In this document: piece by piece, positions 18,094 through 25,015 of the stretch
How the letters are laid out: every line of letters starts with the position of its first letter
Position numbering within the stretch: the stretch's first letter is position 1
Assembly: GCF_000017305.1 (NCBI RefSeq)
Contig: NC_009664.2
Location: 3,060,001 to 3,092,000, forward strand
Reading direction: 5' to 3'
From: Kineococcus radiotolerans SRS30216 = ATCC BAA-149
GTDB lineage: Bacteria > Actinomycetota > Actinomycetes > Actinomycetales > Kineococcaceae
Length of the DNA stretch: 32,000 nucleotides
Translations under genes and position numbers: made by a program
The notes under the pieces: generated by a model
The model's input: the letters and a program-made list of their open reading frames with translations, nothing else
The model's database searches: none
Told to the model about the DNA's origin: nothing

Positions 18094-19976
18094 GGCTCGG
18101 CGACCGCGCCGGGGACCGTCCCGGCCGGCCGGCCGGGGTGCGACCAGGTGCTCCACAACCGGGCGTAGCGGCCCCCGCGCGCCAGCAGGTCCGCGTGGCT
18201 GCCGAGCTCGACGACCTCCCCGGCCTCCACGACCGCGATGGCGTCGCACACCGCGGCCTGGCTCAGCCGGTGCGCCACCACCAGCGCCGTCCGCCCCGCC
18301 ACGACGGCGAGCGCCGCCTGCTCCAGGTCGCGGGCCCCCGCGCTGCCGGCCTCGGCGGTCGCCTCGTCCAGCACGACCACGGGCGGGTCGCGCAGCACGA
18401 CCCGGGCCAGGGCCAGCTGCTGGCGCCGCGCCGGGGACAGCGGGAGCTCCCCCGGCCCGACCCGGGTGCCCAGGCCCTCGGGCAGGGCGCTCACCCAGTC
18501 GTCGGCCCCGACCACGCCCAGCGCCCGGTGCAGGTCCTCGTCGGTGGCGTCGGGGCGGGCCAGGGTGAGGTCCTCGCGCAGGGTGCCGGTGAACACGTGG
18601 GACTCCTGGGCGATGACCCCGATGCGCTCGCGCACGGCGGCGGCGTCCAGGTCGGCGAGGTCCACCGCGCCCTGCGCCCCGACCAGCTCGACGCGGCCGG
18701 CGGTGGGGGGGAAGACCCCGCCGACGATCGCGGCCAGCGTCGTCTTGCCCGCCCCGCTGCCGCCGACGACGGCCAGCGACGTCCCCGCGGGCACGTCGAG
18801 GTCCACCGCGCGCAGGACCAGGTCGGGGTCCTCGCCCGGGGAGGGGTCGGCGTAGGCGTGCGACACCCCGCGCACCCGCAGCGCCACCGCGCGGCGGGGC
18901 GCGCGCTCCAGCGCCCCCGGGTCCGCGTCCGGTGCGTCCGGCAGGTCCACGACCCCGACGAGCCGGCCCAGCGCGGCGGCGGCGCGCTGCACCTCGTCGA
19001 AGCTCAGCAGCAGCGCGCCGAGCGGCCCGAACAGCCGGTGGAACAGCAGCGCCGCGGCCGTCACGTCCCCGACGCTGACGTCCCCGCCGCGGACCAGGAG
19101 GAACCCGGTGAGCAGCAGGCTCGACAGCCCGACCGCCTCGGCGCCGTTCATCGACACCGCCAGCCGCGCGAAGGTCCGCAGCGCCGCCAGCGACGCCCCG
19201 ATCGTCCGCTCGGAGGCGACCTCCACGCGCCGGCCCTGCAGCGCGGCCATCCCGTAGGCGTGGACGGTGGAGGCGCCGTGGAAGGACTGCAGCACCACCT
19301 GCGAGCGCCGCGCCGCGACGGCCCGCTCGGCCGCGTACAGCGGCCCCGACCTCGGCAGGTACCCGCGCAGGCTCAGCGCGTAGACGGGGAAGACGGTGCA
19401 GAAGGCCAGGGCCAGGCGCCAGTCCAGGGAGACGAAGCCCGCCGCCGACAGCACGACGGTCAGGGCGGAGGTGAGGACGGTGGCGCCCAGCTGCACCGAG
19501 GAGGTGAACAGCTCCACGTCCTCGGTGACGCGGGAGGCCACGTCCCCGGACCCGGCCCGTTCCAGGACCCGCGGCGACATGCGCAGCGAGCGCTCCACGA
19601 CCCGCTCGCGCAGGTCGGCGGCGATGCTCGCCCCGAGGCGCTCGGCGTCGCGGCGGGCCAGCGCGCTCGCCACCGCCGTCGCGACCGCGACCAGCGCCAG
19701 CAGCACCAGGACGGGGGTGAGGGACGTCCCCGCCCGCACGACGTCGACGGCGCGGCCCAGCAGCAGGGGCAGGGCCACGGTGCCCGCGCTGGCCAGCGCC
19801 GTCGTCACCAGGGCCGCGGCGAGCTCCCCGGGGTGGGCGGTGGCGGTGCGGGCCAGCACGGCCGCGCTTCGGCGGCCGGTGGCCACGGGCAGCGCGCGCT
19901 GCCCGCCGTCCCCCGCCGGGGTCCCCGCCCCGTCCCCCGTCCCGGGCCCCGTGGTGGTCCCCGCCGGGGCGCTCAC
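18090..19976 (-). CDS. ABC transporter permease/ATP-binding protein (type IV exporter half-transporter; canonical ATPase motifs, degenerate signature)
   Basis: 628 aa from GTG 19974-19976, which overlaps the upstream stop as GTGA. It has six-TM exporter-type TMD features. The NBD carries Walker A GGSGAGKTT, Q-loop IAQE, Walker B VVVLDEAT and H-loop LVVAHRL, but the signature is LSPARRQQ instead of LSGGQ. The remaining 5' part of the 1435-aa track ORF is shadow sequence. Confidence 0.9.
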   Translation of the reverse strand: MSAPAGTTTGPGTGDGAGTPAGDGGQRALPVATGRRSAAVLARTATAHPGELAAALVTTALASAGTVALPLLLGRAVDVVRAGTSLTPVLVLLALVAVATAVASALARRDAERLGASIAADLRERVVERSLRMSPRVLERAGSGDVASRVTEDVELFTSSVQLGATVLTSALTVVLSAAGFVSLDWRLALAFCTVFPVYALSLRGYLPRSGPLYAAERAVAARRSQVVLQSFHGASTVHAYGMAALQGRRVEVASERTIGASLAALRTFARLAVSMNGAEAVGLSSLLLTGFLLVRGGDVSVGDVTAAALLFHRLFGPLGALLLSFDEVQRAAAALGRLVGVVDLPDAPDADPGALERAPRRAVALRVRGVSHAYADPSPGEDPDLVLRAVDLDVPAGTSLAVVGGSGAGKTTLAAIVGGVFPPTAGRVELVGAQGAVDLADLDAAAVRERIGVIAQESHVFTGTLREDLTLARPDATDEDLHRALGVVGADDWVSALPEGLGTRVGPGELPLSPARRQQLALARVVLRDPPVVVLDEATAEAGSAGARDLEQAALAVVAGRTALVVAHRLSQAAVCDAIAVVEAGEVVELGSHADLLARGGRYARLWSTWSHPGRPAGTVPGAVAEP

Positions 19977-21517
19977 CGGGCCACCGCCGCGGCGTAGCCG
20001 GGGTCGGCGAGCAGGTCGGCGTGGCGGCCGGTGCGGTGCCGGCCGTCCCCGTCGAGGAGCACCACCCGGTCGCAGCGGGCCAGCAGCAGCGGGGAGGTGG
20101 TGATCAGGACCGTCGTGCCGGTCCCGGCCCGCACCGCGCGCAGGCCGGCGGCGACGCGGTCCTCGGTGACGGCGTCCAGGGCCGTCGTGGGGTCGCGCAG
20201 CACCAGCAGCTCGCGGTCGGCGGCCAGCGCCCGGGCCAGGCCGATGCGCTGGCGCTGGCCGCCGGAGTAGTTGGCGCCGCCGTCGGCGAGGGGGGTGGTG
20301 AGGTCCTCGGGGGCGGTCGCGGCGCGCAGGGCGTCGGCCAGGGCGATCCCGCGCCCGGCCGGGGCGGGGCCGGTGTCGAGGGCGTCGGCGAGGGTGTCGC
20401 CGAGCAGGTGCGTCTCGGCCGGCTCGACGAGGACCCCGCCGCTCCCGTCCGCGCCGCCGGCGAACGCGAACGCGGCCGTGACGGCGTCGGCGGTGGCGGT
20501 GTCCGTCGTCACCACCCCCAGCACCTCCCCGGCCACCGCCCGCACCGGCGGCGCGGGCACCGCCGCGGCCGGGGCGGCGGGGGTCTCCAGGACCTCCGCG
20601 ACGCGGCGCGCGCTGGCCCGCGACACCGCCAGCTGCTGGACGCACTGGCTGACGTTGCGCACGGGGTCGGCCAGGAAGCTGGCCATCCCGACGACGGTGA
20701 CGAACTCGCCGACGCTCAGGCGCCCCTGCTGCACGAAGGCGCCCGCGACGGCCGCGGTGGCGACGAGGACCGCGCCGGTGGCCAGGGTGCTGACGCCGAC
20801 GACGACGGAGGTCGCCCCGGCCGCCTGGACCGCGGCCCGCCGGGAGGTGCGGCTCGCGGAGCGGTAGCGGCGCACGGCCTCGGGGACCCCGCCGAAGCCG
20901 CGCAGCGGCCGCAGCCCGGCGAGCAGGTCGGCGGCGACGGCGGCGGCGAGGCCGGCGCTGCGCTGGCGGGTGTGCATCCGCGCCTCCAGGCGGGGGGCGA
21001 GGGCCTGCAGCCCCAGGACCAGGACGGGGACGCAGAGCAGCAGGCCGAGCCCGAGCGCCACGTCGATGCGCAGCAGCACGACGGCCGCGACGAGCATCCC
21101 GAAGCAGCCCGAGACCCCGAAGCTCAGCAGGCCCAGGGCCTCCGCGGCGTGGCGGGTGTCCGAGGTCGCCACCGACAGCGCCTCCCCGACCTGCCGGTCG
21201 CGCAGCACCGCCGGGTCGCGCAGCACCGCGCGGGCCACGGCGGTGCGCAGGAAGTGCGCCTCGGCGAACTGCGCCTTGTCGATCGTCCAGAACGCGAAGG
21301 CCCCCGCGGTGGCGAGGACGGTGAACAGCGCGAGCACCGCCAGGACGGAGACGACGATCGCGGGGGTGTCCCCGGTGCGCACGGCCCCGTCGACCACGGC
21401 GCCGATGGCGACGGGCACGAGGGCCTCGCAGGTCTGGTGCAGCATCGAGGACCCGCAGCCGACGGCGGCCGCGCGGGGGTGGCGCCGCAGGACGTCGGCG
21501 ACGGGGCGGGAGGACAC
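19973..21517 (-). CDS. ABC transporter permease with a degenerate, shortened nucleotide-binding domain (no Walker A)
   Basis: The exporter-type TMD is followed by an NBD remnant. It has an intact signature YSGGQRQRIGLARAL, but Walker A is replaced by VVTTDTATAD, Walker B reads LLVLRDPTT, and the H-loop reads VLITTSP. The whole protein contains only one Lys. I prefer the start at GTG 21515-21517 (514 aa). The track ORF start at 21691 would overlap the divergent DUF72 gene. Confidence 0.8.
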   Translation of the reverse strand: MSSRPVADVLRRHPRAAAVGCGSSMLHQTCEALVPVAIGAVVDGAVRTGDTPAIVVSVLAVLALFTVLATAGAFAFWTIDKAQFAEAHFLRTAVARAVLRDPAVLRDRQVGEALSVATSDTRHAAEALGLLSFGVSGCFGMLVAAVVLLRIDVALGLGLLLCVPVLVLGLQALAPRLEARMHTRQRSAGLAAAVAADLLAGLRPLRGFGGVPEAVRRYRSASRTSRRAAVQAAGATSVVVGVSTLATGAVLVATAAVAGAFVQQGRLSVGEFVTVVGMASFLADPVRNVSQCVQQLAVSRASARRVAEVLETPAAPAAAVPAPPVRAVAGEVLGVVTTDTATADAVTAAFAFAGGADGSGGVLVEPAETHLLGDTLADALDTGPAPAGRGIALADALRAATAPEDLTTPLADGGANYSGGQRQRIGLARALAADRELLVLRDPTTALDAVTEDRVAAGLRAVRAGTGTTVLITTSPLLLARCDRVVLLDGDGRHRTGRHADLLADPGYAAAVAR

Positions 21518-21671
21518 GTCGGAGGAGCCTATGCGACCCCGCTCCCGCCCCCGGGTGGACGAGCGGGCGGGCCGGGTCCCGCGCCCGGGCGATCGCGGGC
21601 CCCGGTGCGGGGCCGTAGGGTGCGACCGCCGCGGCGCGCTCGGTGCCCGCGGGGACGGGACGGGGGCCGGG

Positions 21672-22415
21672 GTGACCATCCGCGTCGGCACCTCCGGGTG
21701 GAGCTACGACCACTGGGAGGGCGTGCTCTACCCGCCCGGCACGCCCGCCCGCGACCGGCTGGCCCTCTACGTGCGCGAGTTCCCCACCGTGGAGCTGAAC
21801 GCCAGCTTCTACCGCTGGCCCCGCGACGCCTCGTTCGCCTCGTGGCGGCGCCGGCTGCCCGAGGGGTTCGCCCTCTCGGTCAAGGCGCCGAGGGGGCTCA
21901 CCCACGCCAAGCGGCTCCAGGCCCCGGAGGCGTGGGCGCAGCGGATGTCCGCCTCCTGGCACGAGCTGGGTCCCCGGCGGGCGGTGCTGCTGGTGCAGCT
22001 GCGTCCCGACCACGCCCGCGACGACGACCGCCTGCGCTCCTTCCTGGACCGCCTCCCGCCGTGGATGCGGGTGGCGGTGGAGTTCCGGCACCCGAGCTGG
22101 CACGAGGAGGCGGTGTTCGCCCTGCTCGCCGAGCGCGGCGTCGGCTACTGCGTGATGAGCGGCGCGCACCTGCCCTGCGTGCTGCGGGTGACGGCGCCGT
22201 TCGCGTACGTGCGCCTGCACGGCCCCGACCACGACCACCTCTACGCGGGGTCGTACTCGGGGGCGGACCTGGCGTGGTGGGCGGACCGGATGCTCGAGTG
22301 GGAGGCGGGCGGGATCGAGGTCCACGCCTACTTCAACAACGACGGCGGCGGCAACGCGGTGCGCGACGCGCGGGGGCTCATCGCGGCCCTGGGCCACCGG
22401 TCCGGGGGGTCGTGA
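21672..22415 (+). CDS. DUF72 domain-containing protein (UPF0759/YecE-like)
   Basis: 247 aa from GTG 21672. IRVGTSGWSYDHWEGVLYP......L..Y...F.TVELNASFYR, VEFRHPSW and YVRLHGP....Y.G.Y are the typical DUF72 blocks. Confidence 0.88.
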   Translation: MTIRVGTSGWSYDHWEGVLYPPGTPARDRLALYVREFPTVELNASFYRWPRDASFASWRRRLPEGFALSVKAPRGLTHAKRLQAPEAWAQRMSASWHELGPRRAVLLVQLRPDHARDDDRLRSFLDRLPPWMRVAVEFRHPSWHEEAVFALLAERGVGYCVMSGAHLPCVLRVTAPFAYVRLHGPDHDHLYAGSYSGADLAWWADRMLEWEAGGIEVHAYFNNDGGGNAVRDARGLIAALGHRSGGS

Positions 22416-22468
22416 CGCGAGACCCCGGCCCCCCCGTCCCCCCGCGGCGGGTCACCGCCACCGACGAG

Positions 22469-22510
22469 GGCGAGCCCCCGCCCCGGCGGGTGCCGGGACG
22501 GGGGCTCGCC
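22469..22510. terminator. compound hairpin between convergent DUF72 and GH9 genes
   Basis: Outer perfect 12-bp stem GGCGAGCCCCCG (22469-22480) / CGGGGGCTCGCC (22499-22510). It encloses an inner 6-bp stem CCCGGC/GCCGGG with a 4-nt loop. Confidence 0.5.
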
Positions 22511-22531
22511 GACGGGGCGGGGTTCCCGGGG

Positions 22532-24892
22532 TCAGCGTCGCTGACGCTCGTCGCGACCGCCGTCCTGGTCGGCGACGAAGGACGCCACCCAGGCCAGCGG
22601 GGCGTTCCAGTTGACCGTGATCTCGTTGGTCGACCACGACCCGATGTCGTCCACGTAGCAGAACTGCGCCGCGCAGCCCTCGGGGAACAGCGGGGCCGTG
22701 ATCGGGTCACCGCTGGTGGCGGTGGGGGAGTACGGGCCGCCGGCCACCGTGCCCGCCGGGGGGTTGGGCAGGGAGGGGTCGAGCTGGTTGGCGTACATCC
22801 GCGAGTGCTGGTTCTTCGAGAACACGTCGCCGTAGCCGGTGATGTAGGAGTTGTTCAGCGCGTTCCGCCCGAGCAGGTAGTCCATGCCGCGGACCACCCC
22901 GTCGCGGTAGGCGTCGTCACCGGTGAGGTCGAAGGCGGTGCCCAGGACCTGCAGGTTGGCGAGGATCCCCGAGTTCGAACCCCACGCGTACTGCCCGCCC
23001 TCGGGGGCGTAGGGCTGCCCGAACGGCTGGCCGGCCTGGTCGATGAGCAGGCGGTCGGCGGCCTCGGTCACCGAGCGCCGCACGGCGCGCCGCTCGCGCT
23101 GGTTCAGCTCGCTGGGCACGGTGGCCAGGTCGAGGCGGGCCAGCGCCCCGACGTGGCCCCAGTCGAAACCACCGGCGGGGAACACGTCGGCGGTGTGGAC
23201 GGGGGAACCCAGGACGTCCTTGCGGAACTGCGGCTCACCGGTGGTCAGGTACAGCTCGGCGGCGGCCCAGTAGAACTCGTCGGACACGTCGCGGTCGTCG
23301 TAGGGGCCGCTGCCCGGGTTCGGGTCGAGGGCCGCGTCCGGCGCCGGGGCGTACACGGCCGGGTTCGCCTGCGCGGCGGCGTAGGCCGTGCGCGCGGTGG
23401 CGAGCAGGCGCTGGGAGAACGCCCGGTCGTAGCGGGCGAACAGGCGCGCGCCCTGCGCGGCGGTGGCGGCCACGTTCAGGGTCGCCGCCGTGGAGGGGCG
23501 GTACAGGACCCGCGGCTGCGGGTCGGTGGCCGGGTCCTGCGGCAGGCCCGTCCAGTCGACGTCGGCGACCTTGTGGAAGACCATCCCGGCGTAGGGGCGG
23601 CCCGGCTGGACCTGCATCTTGAGGAACCACTCCAGTTCCCAGCGCGCCTCGTCCAGGACGTCGGGCACGCGGTTCCCGGACTCGGGGATGCTCAGGGTCC
23701 CGTCGGCGAGGGCGCCGCGGTCCGCGGTGGGGGCGGTGAGGCTGCGCTCGTACTGCTGCAGCAGCTGCCCCACGGCGATGCCGCCGTTGACGACGTACTT
23801 GCCGTGGTCGCCCGCGTCGTACCAGCCGCCGGTGACGTCGGTGGTGTAGTCGCAGGTGAAGGGCTGGTCGCCCTGCTTGACCAGCAGTTCCTGGGAGTCG
23901 TCCTCGAGGCTCTGGCAGGGCACCGCGGTGTCGCCGAGGTTGGGGGCGACGCCCACGTGACCGGCGGCGCGGCCGTAGCCGGGGGCCAGTTCGTCGGAGA
24001 TCGGGGTTCCGCTGCGGTTGGTGTAGAAGAACGTCATCGAGTCGTCGCGCAGGCGCTCGTAGGCGTCCTCGCCGATGTCGAAGGGGTGGCTGGTCTCCCC
24101 GTCGACGGTGAGCACGAGGTCGGTGCTGCGCCGCTGGTAGCCGCTGAAGTCGATCACGTGGACGTTCAGGCCCGCGCTCGGGTCGACGCCGCGGGGGGTG
24201 GTGGTGCCCCGGGCGAGGACGGTGCCGCCGGCGCTCTTCAGCTCCCACGGCAGGGCGGTGGTGGAGTCGGTGACCAGGGTGGCGCCCTTGGGTCCCTGCG
24301 GCAGGTACGCCTCCTGGTTGACCCGGACCCGGGGGCCGGTCTCGGGCACGTACGGCGGGCGCTCGGCGCCGCCCTCCAGGACCACGTCGTCGACGCACAG
24401 GGTGTAGGCGACGGGGTTGACGACGTCCTGCTGGAACGCGAGCTGGGCGTTGGGGTAGTCGCGGTCGGCGGTGAAGTAGTACTCGTAGGTGCCGAAGGCG
24501 CTCTCGAACGCGGGCTTCTCCGCGGGCAGGAACTGCTGGTAGTTCACGTCCGCCCCGCCCTGGACGACCACGCGCACCGGCCCGGTGGTGGCCGGGGTGG
24601 TGCGGGCCCGGAACGAGAGCTTGTAGGTCTCGCCCTCGGTGAGCGGGACCTCCTGCTGGATGGCCGCGCCGTAGGCGCCGGTGGAGGCCGGCACGGTGGT
24701 GCAGCCGGCGCCGTCCTGGACGGAGGCGGTGGGGTAGACCTGCCAGCCGGTGGTGCCGTTGTCGAAGGACCCGTTGGTGATCTGGTCGGCGGCCTGGGCC
24801 GCGGAGGGGGTCAGCAGGAGGCTGGCGGGGACGAGCAGCGCGCTGACCGCGGTCAGCGCGCGGGCACGGCTCTTGCGGGGGTGCGAAGGCAC
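22532..24892 (-). CDS. secreted glycoside hydrolase family 9 endoglucanase (CBM4_9 - Ig-like - GH9)
   Basis: 786 aa with a GTG start and GAGGAG as RBS. Signal peptide ..TPSAAQA|ADQ. N-terminal CBM4_9-type module (ITNGSFDNGTTGWQVY...). Ig-like CelD_N region (VRVNQEAYLPQGPK.ATL). GH9 catalytic motifs GGWYDAGDHGKY, NSYITGYG....QHSR, and GGP...STNEITVNWNAPL (catalytic Glu). Confidence 0.95.
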   Translation of the reverse strand: MPSHPRKSRARALTAVSALLVPASLLLTPSAAQAADQITNGSFDNGTTGWQVYPTASVQDGAGCTTVPASTGAYGAAIQQEVPLTEGETYKLSFRARTTPATTGPVRVVVQGGADVNYQQFLPAEKPAFESAFGTYEYYFTADRDYPNAQLAFQQDVVNPVAYTLCVDDVVLEGGAERPPYVPETGPRVRVNQEAYLPQGPKGATLVTDSTTALPWELKSAGGTVLARGTTTPRGVDPSAGLNVHVIDFSGYQRRSTDLVLTVDGETSHPFDIGEDAYERLRDDSMTFFYTNRSGTPISDELAPGYGRAAGHVGVAPNLGDTAVPCQSLEDDSQELLVKQGDQPFTCDYTTDVTGGWYDAGDHGKYVVNGGIAVGQLLQQYERSLTAPTADRGALADGTLSIPESGNRVPDVLDEARWELEWFLKMQVQPGRPYAGMVFHKVADVDWTGLPQDPATDPQPRVLYRPSTAATLNVAATAAQGARLFARYDRAFSQRLLATARTAYAAAQANPAVYAPAPDAALDPNPGSGPYDDRDVSDEFYWAAAELYLTTGEPQFRKDVLGSPVHTADVFPAGGFDWGHVGALARLDLATVPSELNQRERRAVRRSVTEAADRLLIDQAGQPFGQPYAPEGGQYAWGSNSGILANLQVLGTAFDLTGDDAYRDGVVRGMDYLLGRNALNNSYITGYGDVFSKNQHSRMYANQLDPSLPNPPAGTVAGGPYSPTATSGDPITAPLFPEGCAAQFCYVDDIGSWSTNEITVNWNAPLAWVASFVADQDGGRDERQRR

Positions 24893-24911
24893 GGGGGCGT
24901 CTCCTCTTCGT

Positions 24912-24925
24912 TGAGAGCGCTCTCA
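24912..24925. promoter_or_regulatory. CelR/CebR-type LacI-family operator (perfect 14-bp palindrome TGAGAGCGCTCTCA)
   Basis: TGAGAGCGCTCTCA lies 20-33 nt upstream of the GH9 start codon. It differs from the known cellulase operator TGGGAGCGCTCCCA (Thermobifida CelR, Streptomyces CebR) only at the symmetric positions 3 and 12. It occurs once in the window. Confidence 0.6.
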
Positions 24926-24937
24926 GAGCGCGCGCAC

Positions 24938-24966
24938 AGCCTCGCCCGCGGTGGCGCTCCTGTCAA
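24938..24966 (-). promoter_or_regulatory. candidate promoter of the GH9 gene
   Basis: On the minus strand: TTGACA (24961-24966), a 17-nt spacer, then GAGGCT (24938-24943; it keeps A2 and T6 of TAnnnT). The CelR-type box lies just downstream of the predicted transcription start. Pattern match only. Confidence 0.35.
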
Positions 24967-25015
24967 CGCCGGGCGCGCCGCCGCGCCCGCCGCCCGCGAG
25001 GGTCGGCGTGGGGTT

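Noticed and set aside
18094-22397. N-terminal extensions of real genes: the 1435-aa version of the ABC gene, the 378-aa version of the beta-lactamase-like gene (to 18249), the 572-aa version of ABC-1 (to 21691), the 236-aa GrpB (to 10955) and the 537-aa RDD (to 10971).
   Set aside because: The extensions are low-complexity Arg/Pro sequence and would overlap neighbouring well-supported genes. Internal GTG starts that coincide with upstream stop codons (GTGA) or leave normal intergenic spacing are more plausible.
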